A DNA stretch of 64,000 bases from Thermodesulfobacteriota bacterium (GCA_965216785.1 OZ244197.1:1504001-1568000); one strand, 5' to 3'. Counted from the first letter of the stretch, positions 52,939 to 63,416 are shown. Translations and numbers: made by a program. The notes: generated from the sequence alone by a model not told the origin.

Positions 52939-54660
52939 ATGCCCCCCAAAACCGCCAAGAGTAAAAAGCCCAAGGACCTAAGACACCCAATTACCTACAA
53001 GAGAGAGAGCGGGAAATTTGACGTCGAATGGTACAAAGGACTTGATAAGACCAACTGGGTGCTGCCAAAGGTGCTGAAAGAGCAGGCCAAGAAGCTAGGA
53101 AAAAAACCGTTCCTTCAGTTCGGCTCAAAGAAGCCTCTTAGTTTTTATCAGACGAATCAATTAGCTAACAAAATAGCAAACGGACTCATCGAACTCGGTA
53201 TAGAGAAAGGCGATAAGGTGGCCGTATATATGCCAAATTCCGATGATTACGTGATCACGTGGTTCGGCATACTAAAGCGGGGCGCTGTTATGGTGCCGAT
53301 TAATACGGCTTATGTGATGGACTTCCTTGAATACATCATTGATAGCTCCGATGCAAAGGTGCTATTCATTGCCGAGGAATACCTCGATCGTATGCCCCCT
53401 ATTGCCAAGAAGCTCAAGAAGCTCGAGCGCGTTATCGTGTGGACAAGGGACGGGGGAGAGAAATTCAACAAGCACGGCTATAACTTTAAGAAAATGATTT
53501 CTTACTCGAAATTTATAAACTCTCAGAAGAGTGCCGAGCCCGATGTCGAAGTAACCTTCATGGATTTTGCGAGACTCATGTATACCTCGGGCACGACGGG
53601 CCGCTCCAAGGGCGTTGTGCGACCGTGCGCCGCCGATTACTCAAGCGCCCGCAATTACGCAGAGATCATGGACGTCGGCCCTAAGGATGTATGCTTCACG
53701 TGCCTTCCCCTCTTTCATTCTAACGCGATGGTCATGACTGTGTACCCGGCCCTGATAAAAGGAGCCAAAGCGGTTGTCGAAGAAAAATACAGCGCCAGCA
53801 GGTTCTGGAAATGGATGGTTGATTACGGGGTTACGAAATTCAATATAGTCGGTACGGTCTCGTACTTTATGTGGAACACCCCTCCCGTGCCAGAGGAGAA
53901 GCAGCACAATGTGAAGCTCGTGCTGGGCTCCCCAGCTCCCCATGACATTATCGAGGACTTTATGAAGCGCTTTAATATAAAGTTTATGGAAGGCTACGGC
54001 CTCACCGAGATAGGCCAGTGCACATGGATGCGCCCGGGCGAGCCTTTCAGAGTGGGCTCTTGCGGTAAGGAGGCTCCTGGGTATGAAATTAAGATCGGAG
54101 ACCCCGAGACGGATGAAGAAGTTCCAAGGGGTAGTATCGGGGAGATTATCGTGCGTCCAAGGACCCCTAACCTGATGCTTCACCAGTACTACAAGATGCC
54201 GGAGAAGACAGTGGAGGACTTCAGGAACTTCTGGTTCCACACTGGGGATGCGGGGAGGATGGATAAACAGGGCTATATCTATTTTGTAGACAGAGTTAAG
54301 GATTACATCCGTAGACGCGGCGAGAACATAAGCTCTTTTGAAGTTGAGAAGATCGTAGGCTCCTACCCCGATGTCGAGGAGTCTGGAGCGATAGGCGTGA
54401 AATCCGAAGGTGGCCGTTACGCCGAGGACGAGCTTATGATCGTAGTCGTTCCTAAAAAAGGTAAGACCATCGACCCGGTAAAGCTTATGCAATTTTTAGA
54501 GAAAAGGATGCCGAGGTTCATGATCCCGAGGTTTATTAGGTTCGATAAGTCTCTTCCAAAGACAGGTACACAGAGGGTCCAGAAAAACAAGCTACGCGAA
54601 AAAGGTATAACCAAAGACACCTGGGACGCCCAAAAAGCCGGCTATAAATTTAAGAAGTAG
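52939..54660 (+). CDS. ATP-dependent acyl-CoA ligase (CaiC-like)
   Basis: YTSGTTG.SKG, PLFH, YGLTE, WFHTGD, DR.KD.IRRRGENISS.EVE. Confidence 0.9.
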   Translation: MPPKTAKSKKPKDLRHPITYKRESGKFDVEWYKGLDKTNWVLPKVLKEQAKKLGKKPFLQFGSKKPLSFYQTNQLANKIANGLIELGIEKGDKVAVYMPNSDDYVITWFGILKRGAVMVPINTAYVMDFLEYIIDSSDAKVLFIAEEYLDRMPPIAKKLKKLERVIVWTRDGGEKFNKHGYNFKKMISYSKFINSQKSAEPDVEVTFMDFARLMYTSGTTGRSKGVVRPCAADYSSARNYAEIMDVGPKDVCFTCLPLFHSNAMVMTVYPALIKGAKAVVEEKYSASRFWKWMVDYGVTKFNIVGTVSYFMWNTPPVPEEKQHNVKLVLGSPAPHDIIEDFMKRFNIKFMEGYGLTEIGQCTWMRPGEPFRVGSCGKEAPGYEIKIGDPETDEEVPRGSIGEIIVRPRTPNLMLHQYYKMPEKTVEDFRNFWFHTGDAGRMDKQGYIYFVDRVKDYIRRRGENISSFEVEKIVGSYPDVEESGAIGVKSEGGRYAEDELMIVVVPKKGKTIDPVKLMQFLEKRMPRFMIPRFIRFDKSLPKTGTQRVQKNKLREKGITKDTWDAQKAGYKFKK

Positions 54661-54672
54661 GCACCTTCTATT

Positions 54673-54743
54673 CCCTCCTTTCTCAAAGGAGGGTTAGGTA
54701 GGATTAGTTGTCTTTGTAGTTATCCTGAGCTTGTTTCAGGATC
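54673..54743. repeat. two adjacent short palindromic (REP-like) elements
   Basis: CCCTCCTTT-CTC-AAAGGAGGG (54673-54693) and ATCCTGA-GCTTGTT-TCAGGAT (54722-54742). Confidence 0.55.
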
Positions 54744-54886
54744 CCATCTTTTTTATCCGCTATAGCGAGCATTGTGCATATCCGGACGTTGCCATTCGCG
54801 TAGTTCGGAAGGGTGGAGTAGCCCCCCTGCTTTATTTCTCAATTTTAGGTAGAATGGTATTTAACACTTTCAGTAAGGAGGGTCAG

Positions 54887-55555
54887 ATGAGAACTGTATC
54901 AGTATTACTTTTAGTAATATCAATAATATTTATGTCGGCGGGCATCGCAGCTGCAGGGGAAGCTCTCAATGTGGCTGACTTTAAAAAGCTCTACGACAGC
55001 CTGCTTTCAGGAAAGACCCTGGTGAATGAAACCCAGGAGGGCAACACTGTCGTGAAAAAGGAGAGGCACTACGGCGCCGCAGTAAACACCGGTGACGGCG
55101 ATTTCGATATACCCGTTAAGAAAGTCATTACCTATACGGTGAACGACGATGTTACGGCTACCATAACAGTAGACATACTAGATAGGGTAAACGACATTGG
55201 CGGCGTGGCCATAATTCAGGAGGAGATAACGGGCATGAGCGTTCTTGAAGCGGGCGAAGAGAAACCCGAGGCCGCCACCGGAGTAGAATTCGGCGGCGTG
55301 TACAGGGTAGGTACGAACGACAAGGGCGGTTTTGACGTTCATAACTTCGCGCTTTCGCCTTCTCTGCTTCTGGACGGAGATTCGGTGAAGCTCTCGGGCT
55401 CGATGATTTCTTTCTCTTGCTACTCACAGACGGATAAATCCGTATGCGAGCTCAATGTACGCGACTTTAACCTTGGTGACTACGAGCCTTATCAAGGCTT
55501 TAAAGTAGGCGAGCCAATAGGCGGGGATTATACGGAAGTGTTTGTAAGTAAGTAG
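54887..55555 (+). CDS. secreted hypothetical protein
   Basis: ATG after AAGGAGG; signal peptide MRTVSVLLLVISIIFMSAGIAAA; TTG 54731 start rejected. Confidence 0.75.
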   Translation: MRTVSVLLLVISIIFMSAGIAAAGEALNVADFKKLYDSLLSGKTLVNETQEGNTVVKKERHYGAAVNTGDGDFDIPVKKVITYTVNDDVTATITVDILDRVNDIGGVAIIQEEITGMSVLEAGEEKPEAATGVEFGGVYRVGTNDKGGFDVHNFALSPSLLLDGDSVKLSGSMISFSCYSQTDKSVCELNVRDFNLGDYEPYQGFKVGEPIGGDYTEVFVSK

Positions 55556-55595
55556 CTTGATGTTAAAGAAAATATCTGCCGGAGGATATACAAAT

Positions 55596-55982
55596 ATGAA
55601 AAATATTATCTATGTGTTCACAATATTGGCGTTTGTAATAATACCTATGAGTTATGTAACAGCCGACCCGGTGGTTGATCCTTCGACTATCAGGAACCAG
55701 GACAAGTACTATAGGGACAACGCCGAGTGTAAAGCCCTTGCTAAGGAAAATAAAGGCGGAGTAGGTAACGTCGCAAAAGACACTGCAATCGGAGCGGGTG
55801 TCGGGGCGGGAACGGGCGCTCTGCTCGGGGCGATCGGCGGCGGAGTAGGTAAGGGGCTGGGCATAGGAGCCGTAGTCGGCGGAGTTGCGGGCGGCGGTAT
55901 GAGCGTATACAAAAACCACAAGAGCTATGATGAGATTTACAAGAACTGTATGCGCGGAAGAGGCTACAGGGTGCTCAACTAA
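55596..55982 (+). CDS. glycine-zipper domain exported protein
   Basis: signal peptide, GxxxG repeats (GAGVGAGTGALLGAIGG), flanking Cys pair, C-terminal CMRGRGY; GGAGG SD. Confidence 0.8.
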   Translation: MKNIIYVFTILAFVIIPMSYVTADPVVDPSTIRNQDKYYRDNAECKALAKENKGGVGNVAKDTAIGAGVGAGTGALLGAIGGGVGKGLGIGAVVGGVAGGGMSVYKNHKSYDEIYKNCMRGRGYRVLN

Positions 55983-56002
55983 AACAGCCCTTTTGATATA
56001 TG

Positions 56003-56833
56003 TCAGTAACTGAAGTGCTTTATCTTTTCACCCTTTTCACCGATCTCGGTCATCGCATCGATGCCGATTTGGAGATGTATGTCAGACCAGTCCTTCGTGA
56101 CCTTAAGGTCTGACTCCTCGGTCTTGACTCCCTCGGGTGTTATGGGGACGTCAGAAACCAGCAGAAGCGCTCCTCGGGGTATATGGTTGTGGTGGCCTAC
56201 GATAAATAATGTGGCCGTCTCCATATCGATAGCCATAACAGTAAGTGATTTAAGGTACTCCATGAAACCTTCATCGTGCTCCCAGACTCTTCTGTTAGTT
56301 GTATATATAACTCCTGTCCTGTACTCATATCCAAGATCAACTATCTTTTCGGATACGAATTTATGAAGCTTAAATGAGGGCAGGGCCGGTACTTCCTTGG
56401 GGAAATAGTCACTACTCGTTCCTTCTCCTCTTATAGCTGCAATAGGAAGTATGAAGTGTCCGATTTCACTTGATTTTTTAAGTCCCCCACATTTGCCTAA
56501 GAAAAGCACTCCTTTAGGCTCGGCGGCTATAAGGAGGTCCATTATCGTAGCTGCGTTTGGGGAGCCCATCCCGAAATTAATTATGGAGAGCCCCTTGGAG
56601 TTTGTAGCAACCTGCATGGGTTTATCTTCCCCGTAAATCCCGCAGCCGAACATTTCTGCAAACCTCTGGACATAAAATTGGAAATTGGTGAGCAGTATGT
56701 AGTCGCCGAATTTATCAAGCGGCATACCTGTATAGCGCGGGAGCCAATTTCTAGCGAGTTCAGTCTTTTCCGTTATCGACATTCCGGGGTTTGATATGGA
56801 TTCTCTGAATTCATTCATAGTATTCTCAGACAA
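56003..56833 (-). CDS. amn: AMP nucleosidase (short, Bacteroidetes/Chlamydiae-type)
   Basis: WLPRYTG, LLTNF, GMGSPNAA, GKCGGL, IRGEGTS, TTNRR.WE, IDMETAT. Confidence 0.88.
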   Translation of the reverse strand: MSENTMNEFRESISNPGMSITEKTELARNWLPRYTGMPLDKFGDYILLTNFQFYVQRFAEMFGCGIYGEDKPMQVATNSKGLSIINFGMGSPNAATIMDLLIAAEPKGVLFLGKCGGLKKSSEIGHFILPIAAIRGEGTSSDYFPKEVPALPSFKLHKFVSEKIVDLGYEYRTGVIYTTNRRVWEHDEGFMEYLKSLTVMAIDMETATLFIVGHHNHIPRGALLLVSDVPITPEGVKTEESDLKVTKDWSDIHLQIGIDAMTEIGEKGEKIKHFSY

Positions 56834-56921
56834 ACTGAAGTATCTGTCAGACTAAATATAAATTTAGCCCTTAGGCTGCGTTATTTCAATCGGAATTCAT
56901 GAAGTGTCCGGTATAGTTCGG

Positions 56922-57647
56922 TTAGCGGCCAACCCTGTTCTCGAGCACCAATATAATAAGAAAGCCGATAAAGAACATTGTTGTGGCAAAAGCATTGTCG
57001 CGGCCTTGGTGGGCCTCGACAAGGAGCTCCTCGGTCACGAGGTAAAGAAGCGCCGCTGTAGCGAAAGCAATTACAATTTCGAGACTGTGTCCGGTTAAGC
57101 CGTCAAGGAAAAAACCTCCGAGTGAGGCGCCAATAAGTACCAGCGTTGCGAGCATGACCGTAACCCCGATTACCGTGCTCTTGCTCTTTCCCCCTTTTGT
57201 GAGTGAAGAGACTACTGAAATCGTAAGAAACAATAGCTCTATGGTTAACGCAATCGTTATCACGATGCCTTCTTTAACGCCCACATCAAAGCTCACTCCC
57301 ATCAAGAGCCCGTCAATAAACACGTCCACGCCCGAGGCTACAACCAGTCCGCCTGAGCCGCGGGAATGTTCACTTGACTCCTTTTGCTCGAATTTGTCCG
57401 TAACGAATCTGACCAGTAGCATGAGCCCGACTCCCAGAAAAAAACCTATAAGAAGTGAGGCGAGATGAATGTTCCGAGTAAGCTCGGGAAGAAGCTCCAC
57501 GCCTACGGCTGCAAACACAACCCCTGCCGCGAAGTGCTGAACGGATATTCTGGTCTTTTCCCCGGGGGATCTGTAGGCGGCAATGGTGCCTCCTATGATC
57601 GTAGCAATTATGGGTATGAGGGTATACGTCAGTATGGTCGAGAGCAT
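56922..57647 (-). CDS. ZIP/GufA family metal transporter
   Basis: QHFAAGV, D.FIDG, E.LFL, LYLVTEELLVEAH. Confidence 0.85.
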   Translation of the reverse strand: MLSTILTYTLIPIIATIIGGTIAAYRSPGEKTRISVQHFAAGVVFAAVGVELLPELTRNIHLASLLIGFFLGVGLMLLVRFVTDKFEQKESSEHSRGSGGLVVASGVDVFIDGLLMGVSFDVGVKEGIVITIALTIELLFLTISVVSSLTKGGKSKSTVIGVTVMLATLVLIGASLGGFFLDGLTGHSLEIVIAFATAALLYLVTEELLVEAHQGRDNAFATTMFFIGFLIILVLENRVGR

Positions 57648-57813
57648 TTTTTCGGGTCTCTTTGGTCTAAATAAAACTTAACCGGTAAGTTCCTACGTAT
57701 CTAATTTAGTCCAAATGTACACTAAATAGGAGGCGGGACTAATGAGAGCTCTCTTGATTTCCGGGCGCAACTTTATTATATGTATATTGATAGACGGTTA
57801 ATAGCCGAGGGGT

Positions 57814-59238
57814 ATGAAAATGAATAAATATTATATGTTTGTCTTTATAGCTACAATATTGCTGATAGGGTGTAGCAAAGAGGTATACACCGACCCTGAT
57901 CTTGGGGGACTGTACAACAGAGCCGCTTCGCGCTCACATATAGAGGGAAACCCTGTTATCGTTATACCGGGGATACTGGGCTCTAAGCTGAGGGACGGTG
58001 AGTCGGGCCAGCTTGTGTGGGGGGCCTTTGAAAAAGGGGTTACCAATCCCGAGACTCCCGAAGGCGCAAGGCTAATAGCTATCCCGATGAAAGAAGGGGC
58101 GCCGCTGAGTGAGCTTACAGACAGCGTGCACTCTGACGGTGCGCTCGATATTGTTAAAGTAAGCCTGTTTGGGCTCCCGATCGAGCTAAACGCATATGTG
58201 AATATATTAAGCACTTTAGGGGCGGGCGGATATCTGGACGAGCAGATCGCCGCAAATGATCTGAACCAAATTGATTACGGGGACGACCACTTCACATGCT
58301 TTCAGTTCGATTATGACTGGAGGCTCGATAACGTAGAGAACGCAAAGAGGCTCGGGGAATTTATAAAGGAGAAAAAGGCTTATATTCTTGAGGAATATAA
58401 AAAACGCGGTATAGAACGAGATGACGTGAAATTCGACATAGTCGCGCACTCCATGGGCGGGCTGCTTACAAGGTATTTTCTGCGCTACGGCCAAGAAGAC
58501 CTGCCCCCGGACGGCTCACTGCCCGAGCTTACGTGGGCCGGGGCCGAATACGTAGAGAAGGTGATAATCATCGGTACCCCTAACGCCGGAGCTATTGGCT
58601 CTATAGAAACTCTGGTAGAGGGGCGCGATATCGGGCCGTTTCTTCCCAAGTACGAACCCGCGATCATAGGGACATTCCCCTCACTCTATCAGCAGCTGCC
58701 GAGAACAAGACACAATGCCGTACGAGACGAAAACGGTGTTAGCGTAAACCTGGCTGACCCAGAGACCTGGGAGCTTTATGAGTGGAGTCTCCTGGACCCA
58801 GAGCAGGACAGGGTGCTACAGTGGCTCTTGCCCGATGTACCCGAAGCTTCACAAAGGCGCGCGATAGCTCTTGATCATCTCACAAAATCCCTTGAGCGAG
58901 GAATACAGTTCCAGGAGGCTCTGGATGTGCCGGCAAAGCCGCCCTCGGGGTTAATTCTATACCTCATTGCGGGGGACGCAATTCCGACGGGGGCGGGGAT
59001 TACTGTATCCGAAACCGGTGAGATTGAGGTTACAAACTACACCCCTGGTGACGGCACGGTTACGCGCGCAAGCGCCCTTATGGACGAGAGAGTAGGCGGA
59101 CAATGGAATTTGCACCTGGTGTCCCCAGTTAAATGGTCAAACGTGATGTTCCTCTTCACGGACCACCTGGGGCTCACAAAAGATCCGGCGTTCAGCGATA
59201 ACGTGCTTTATCTACTTCTCGAGCACCCGATGAATTAA
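57814..59238 (+). CDS. lipoprotein alpha/beta-hydrolase (LCAT/phospholipase A-like)
   Basis: lipobox LLIGC, IPGILGS, YDWR, AHSMGG, GTPNAG, GDGTV, C-terminal His. Confidence 0.82.
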   Translation: MKMNKYYMFVFIATILLIGCSKEVYTDPDLGGLYNRAASRSHIEGNPVIVIPGILGSKLRDGESGQLVWGAFEKGVTNPETPEGARLIAIPMKEGAPLSELTDSVHSDGALDIVKVSLFGLPIELNAYVNILSTLGAGGYLDEQIAANDLNQIDYGDDHFTCFQFDYDWRLDNVENAKRLGEFIKEKKAYILEEYKKRGIERDDVKFDIVAHSMGGLLTRYFLRYGQEDLPPDGSLPELTWAGAEYVEKVIIIGTPNAGAIGSIETLVEGRDIGPFLPKYEPAIIGTFPSLYQQLPRTRHNAVRDENGVSVNLADPETWELYEWSLLDPEQDRVLQWLLPDVPEASQRRAIALDHLTKSLERGIQFQEALDVPAKPPSGLILYLIAGDAIPTGAGITVSETGEIEVTNYTPGDGTVTRASALMDERVGGQWNLHLVSPVKWSNVMFLFTDHLGLTKDPAFSDNVLYLLLEHPMN

Positions 59239-59346
59239 CTCTACGGGAATAATTTTCAATTGATTCCCTAGTTGATAGTCAGGAACTGTCCTGTAGATTT
59301 ATACTGCTGTTTTAAATCCGTATGATTTCAGGAACCGGAGAGAATT

Positions 59347-60321
59347 TTGCCCAAAAACCGCTCACTGAGAGAAATATTAAAAAATTCTAAAAAGGCGCTT
59401 CTTATAGGCATAGGAGGGGGCGGGGATATTGTGGGAACGATACCCACAGGGGATCTGCTGGGTATGTTCGGAGTTGAGTGTGTTTACGGGGGTATATCGT
59501 GGGAGCGCTCAGTATTTGACCCTGTGCCGGGGCCGAGGACTTTTGAAGAGACAAAAAACGTTAAGAAATTGAACGATGTCGTTTGGTTCGCAAACCCAAA
59601 AACCACTACAAACACAGGGGTTAGTTACGCAGAGAGCGGGTTCTCACGTGTTTTGGGCGAGGAGACGCTTTTAATAGGGATTCACAGCGGGCCGGAGGCT
59701 GTGGCACAGGGCATTGTGGATGCCTGCCGTAAGCTCGATGCCGACTTGGTCATAGGGGTTGACGTGGGCGGAGACGTGCTGGCGCAGGGCGACGAGCCGG
59801 GGCTTATGAGCCCTCTTGCCGATTCGCTAATGACTGCGGCCCTTTACATCGTAAACCGTGATATCCAGACTGTTATGGGACTATTTGGTTTTGGAAGCGA
59901 CGGAGAGCTAACACATAGCGAGCTTGAACGCTCGATGAAAGTGCTTGCCAAGGAAGGGGGCATACTCGGGAGCTGGGGCATCACGCAAGACGCTCTTAAA
60001 AGGCTTGAAGAGATGATCTCTAGCGTGCCTACTGAAGCGAGCCGCATGCCCGTCTTATACGCAAAGGGCGAGTTTACGGATACTACGATAAGAAGCGGCA
60101 GGCGCAACATATCGCTTTCAATGTCTTCTACCGTTACTTTTTACTTCTCGACAGAGGTAGTTTATGAAAAATTGTCCAGGCTTTCTCCTTGCGTTTGCGG
60201 TTGTAAGAGCCTTGAGGAAGCAAACGACGCTCTTCATGCAATCGGTGTTCATACCGAGCTTGATATTGAGCGGGAGAGGTTAAAAGACGATGAGGGCCAA
60301 AGTAGTACCTCCCCTAGATAG
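59347..60321 (+). CDS. DUF1152-like protein
   Basis: GIGGGGD, DVGGD.L, SPLADS, G.DGEL motifs. Confidence 0.7.
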   Translation: MPKNRSLREILKNSKKALLIGIGGGGDIVGTIPTGDLLGMFGVECVYGGISWERSVFDPVPGPRTFEETKNVKKLNDVVWFANPKTTTNTGVSYAESGFSRVLGEETLLIGIHSGPEAVAQGIVDACRKLDADLVIGVDVGGDVLAQGDEPGLMSPLADSLMTAALYIVNRDIQTVMGLFGFGSDGELTHSELERSMKVLAKEGGILGSWGITQDALKRLEEMISSVPTEASRMPVLYAKGEFTDTTIRSGRRNISLSMSSTVTFYFSTEVVYEKLSRLSPCVCGCKSLEEANDALHAIGVHTELDIERERLKDDEGQSSTSPR

Positions 60322-60524
60322 ATTCTGCTATTTGTGCTTTAAAGCTTTGAGCGCATAGCTTGGCTCGCTTATTTCTACGCAGAATTAGCCAAGAACACTG
60401 CGGTGCAAAACTATAATGCAATTTAGTCTCTTGGTGGATTACGCCTAAGTTTGACACTCCCGATATATCGTGTTAAATACTTACGATTTTTTAAATTTCT
60501 ACCCTGAGGTAAAACACCCTTAAA

Positions 60525-61802
60525 ATGAGTGTGGAAGAAGTAAGTCATTATTCGGTAGAGCAGTTTTTTATCGCATTTGCACTGATACTCATAGTCTCGA
60601 AATTGTTCGGTGAGGCGGCAGAGCGCATCAAGCAGCCCTCAGTGTTGGGAGAGCTTGTCGCGGGCATAATACTTGGCGGAAGCGTGCTTGCCGTGGTTCC
60701 TTCGGTCTCCGGTATGTCAGGGTACGAATTATTTCACATATTGGCCGAGGTAGGGGTAGCCATACTCCTGTTTGAAATAGGTCTCGAGACCGATCTGAAA
60801 GACCTGATAAGGGTCGGATTTACTTCAACGATTGTTGCGATTGTGGGCGTAGTGGTGCCTTTTGCGCTTGGTTTCGGAAGCATTTTAGCTTTTGAAAAAT
60901 TTGGTCTGCTGCATGGTATAGACCCCTCTCTACACATACTTATCGCGATTACGGCAGGCGCCACGCTTACGGCTACGAGCGTCGGTATTACCGCGAGGGT
61001 GCTCTCTGACATGAACCGGCTTCAGAGCGGGGAAGCTAAGATAATTCTGGGAGCCGCTGTTATTGACGACATACTGGGTCTTATCATATTGGGTGTCGTG
61101 AGCGGTCTTATCGAGTCCTCAAAATCAGGCAATGGTGAGATGGCGATTTCAGCAGCGGGCGTTGGGTTTATAATACTTAAGGCGTTTGGATTTTTGGTTG
61201 TAGCTATAATTATCGGGAATCTTACTTCCAAGAGGCTTTTCGATCTTATAGACAAGATGCGCGTACGTGGAGTGCTGCTATTATTTGCGCTTGCTTTTGC
61301 ATTAATATTTTCCTACCTGGCGGCGCTTGTGGGCTTAGCCCCGATTGTTGGAGCATTCGCTGCGGGTCTTGTGCTTGCAAACACCAATCAGTTTAAGCCT
61401 ATAGAGGAGCGGCTCAAGCCTGTTTCAGACGTATTTACACCAATATTTTTCGTTATGGTAGGCGCTGCTGTAGATATTAGGGTCTTTAACCCTTTCGTAA
61501 GCGAGAATATTCCGATATTATTAATTGCTCTAATACTTTTCATTGTTGCTGTAGTGGGTAAATTTGTTAGCGGTTGGGTCGTGTTTCAGAAAGGAATTAA
61601 TAAGACAGCGATCGGTTTTGGAATGATTCCAAGGGGTGAGGTCGGGCTTATTTTCGCTCAGGTCGGACTTACTTACGGCGTATTTACCTCAGAGCTTTTT
61701 TCCGCTGTGACGGTAATGGTTATGCTGACCACTTTTATTGCGCCGCCGCTTCTTAAGATGGCGTTTTCGGGGAGCGATGAGGGTGCTCAAGAGTCAGCCT
61801 AG
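60525..61802 (+). CDS. CPA2 Na+(K+)/H+ antiporter (NhaS3/NapA-like)
   Basis: P.VLGEL.AG, LLFEIGLE, ATSVGIT, AAVIDD, GMIPRGEVGL. Confidence 0.9.
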   Translation: MSVEEVSHYSVEQFFIAFALILIVSKLFGEAAERIKQPSVLGELVAGIILGGSVLAVVPSVSGMSGYELFHILAEVGVAILLFEIGLETDLKDLIRVGFTSTIVAIVGVVVPFALGFGSILAFEKFGLLHGIDPSLHILIAITAGATLTATSVGITARVLSDMNRLQSGEAKIILGAAVIDDILGLIILGVVSGLIESSKSGNGEMAISAAGVGFIILKAFGFLVVAIIIGNLTSKRLFDLIDKMRVRGVLLLFALAFALIFSYLAALVGLAPIVGAFAAGLVLANTNQFKPIEERLKPVSDVFTPIFFVMVGAAVDIRVFNPFVSENIPILLIALILFIVAVVGKFVSGWVVFQKGINKTAIGFGMIPRGEVGLIFAQVGLTYGVFTSELFSAVTVMVMLTTFIAPPLLKMAFSGSDEGAQESA

Positions 61803-61822
61803 AGATTTAACAGGAGATATTT

Positions 61823-62344
61823 ATGATGCTAAATAAAAGAAATTTTTCAATTACGCTTTGTGCACTGGGGCTATTCGCCGTATCAGCGACGAGCTCGTTT
61901 GCAGCGGATGATTTACTGAGCGTAAACAAAACCGTATTTATACAGATCGTACTGTTCCTCATAGCTATTTATATTTTGAATAAACTTGTGTTTAAACCCT
62001 TCTTAAATCTTATGGACCGTAGAGACAAACTCACCCGCGGAGCTATAGAAGAGGCAAAGGAGCTTGAAGAGAAAGTCGCTCACATAATAGAAGAATACGA
62101 CGCCAAGCTTGCCGAGGCCCGCTCGCTTGCTGTAGAAGAGCGAAACAAGATCGTGCAGGAAGGGCAGAGCGCCGCAGATGACATTTTGAGTAAGGCCAGG
62201 GAAGAAACATCAGAACTCTTGCACGAGGCCAAACATAAGCTTGAGGCAGAAACTGAGGAGATTAAGAATAAGGTTAAAACGGATGTGGATGATATAGCTC
62301 AGGATATCGCCTCAAGAGTACTGGGTAAGGAGATCGCGTCATGA
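61823..62344 (+). CDS. ATP synthase F0 subunit b'
   Basis: TM VFIQIVLF..YIL.K..FKP followed by coiled coil; precedes atpF; extra signal-like N-terminus. Confidence 0.85.
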   Translation: MMLNKRNFSITLCALGLFAVSATSSFAADDLLSVNKTVFIQIVLFLIAIYILNKLVFKPFLNLMDRRDKLTRGAIEEAKELEEKVAHIIEEYDAKLAEARSLAVEERNKIVQEGQSAADDILSKAREETSELLHEAKHKLEAETEEIKNKVKTDVDDIAQDIASRVLGKEIAS

Positions 62345-62895
62345 CAGAGTTTGAAATACTTAACCTATTAATAGCAGGAGCCTCTGAAGGCGGAGGGTTT
62401 GATTGGGGTTTTGTGACTGAGCACACAGTAAACCTGTTAATTCTACTTGCTGTGATCGTTTATTTTGCTAAAAACCCGGTGAAGGATTTTCTGGTCGCAA
62501 GAAGGGCAAACATAAGCAGCGAGATAGATGAAGCCCAAAAAACCATAAAGGAAGCCAAAGAAAGATACGAAGAATATGCCCAGAAACTGGAGGGAATTGA
62601 GGGGGAGATCGCGAGTCTTAAAGATACTCTTGTGAAGCAGGGGGAGACGGAAAGGGACGAGATTGTAAAACAAGCGAGTCAAACCTCGGACATATTGAGC
62701 AAAGAGGCTAGAGACACTATAGAGCTTGAGGCGGAGAGGGCGAAGCAAGAGATTCAGTCAGAGGTTGTCGCGCTTGCTATCGGTATTGCGGAGAAATTAA
62801 TAAAGGAAAATCTGGGCGAATCTGAAAAAGAGAAATTGCTCTCAGAGTTCACTAAAAATGTAGAGGAAGAAAAATGGCATCAATCGCAACATTAA
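62341..62895 (+). CDS. atpF: ATP synthase F0 subunit b
   Basis: VNLLIL...YF...P...FL..R then coiled coil, A...AEK.I. Confidence 0.9.
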   Translation: MTEFEILNLLIAGASEGGGFDWGFVTEHTVNLLILLAVIVYFAKNPVKDFLVARRANISSEIDEAQKTIKEAKERYEEYAQKLEGIEGEIASLKDTLVKQGETERDEIVKQASQTSDILSKEARDTIELEAERAKQEIQSEVVALAIGIAEKLIKENLGESEKEKLLSEFTKNVEEEKWHQSQH

Positions 62896-63416
62896 GAGAT
62901 TTAACGGAAGCGCTGATCGAGAGCTCTAAAGAACTCTCAAAGCTCGATAAGGTAACGGCCGATATGGCTGATTTCTTTGAGCTTTCAAAATCATCCGATG
63001 AGCTAAGAAATATACTCTGGAGCACTACGTTTGAGCTTAATGAGAGAAAGTCTATAACTGCGGATATAAGCGCTAAAAGGGGATATGACGGTCTTACAGC
63101 TAACTTTTTGAATCTGGTAATAGAGCTTGATAAGTTTAAGTCGCTGATAAAATCTGAGCAGACGACAATGGGGAAATTGCTTAAGGCCTCTGGAAGGATA
63201 AGGGCCCAGGTTACGACAGCGAGTGAGCCTACAGAGGATGAAATCAGTCGGATTAAGAGTGCGCTGACCAAAGCGGTGGGGCAGGACGTCGAGATAACGA
63301 CTAAGGTGGATCCGGAGATTTTGGGGGGAGTAATCACAAAGGTAGAAGATAAGGTATATGATGGTAGTATTAAGACCCAGCTCGAGAGGATTCGAGGGGT
63401 GCTCACACAATCATAA
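62874..63416 (+). CDS. atpH: ATP synthase F1 subunit delta
   Basis: VDPEILGG....V.D.VYDGSIK.QL. Confidence 0.92.
   Translation: MASIATLRDLTEALIESSKELSKLDKVTADMADFFELSKSSDELRNILWSTTFELNERKSITADISAKRGYDGLTANFLNLVIELDKFKSLIKSEQTTMGKLLKASGRIRAQVTTASEPTEDEISRIKSALTKAVGQDVEITTKVDPEILGGVITKVEDKVYDGSIKTQLERIRGVLTQS

Noticed and set aside
53641-54492. 283-aa antisense ORF (also 42389-43135, 62852-63652, 15237-15845 and similar)
   Set aside because: Shadow ORFs opposite well-supported genes, with no recognisable motifs.
54805-54830. GGAGTAGC resembling a yybP-ykoY riboswitch start
   Set aside because: The remaining conserved elements of that riboswitch are not present.
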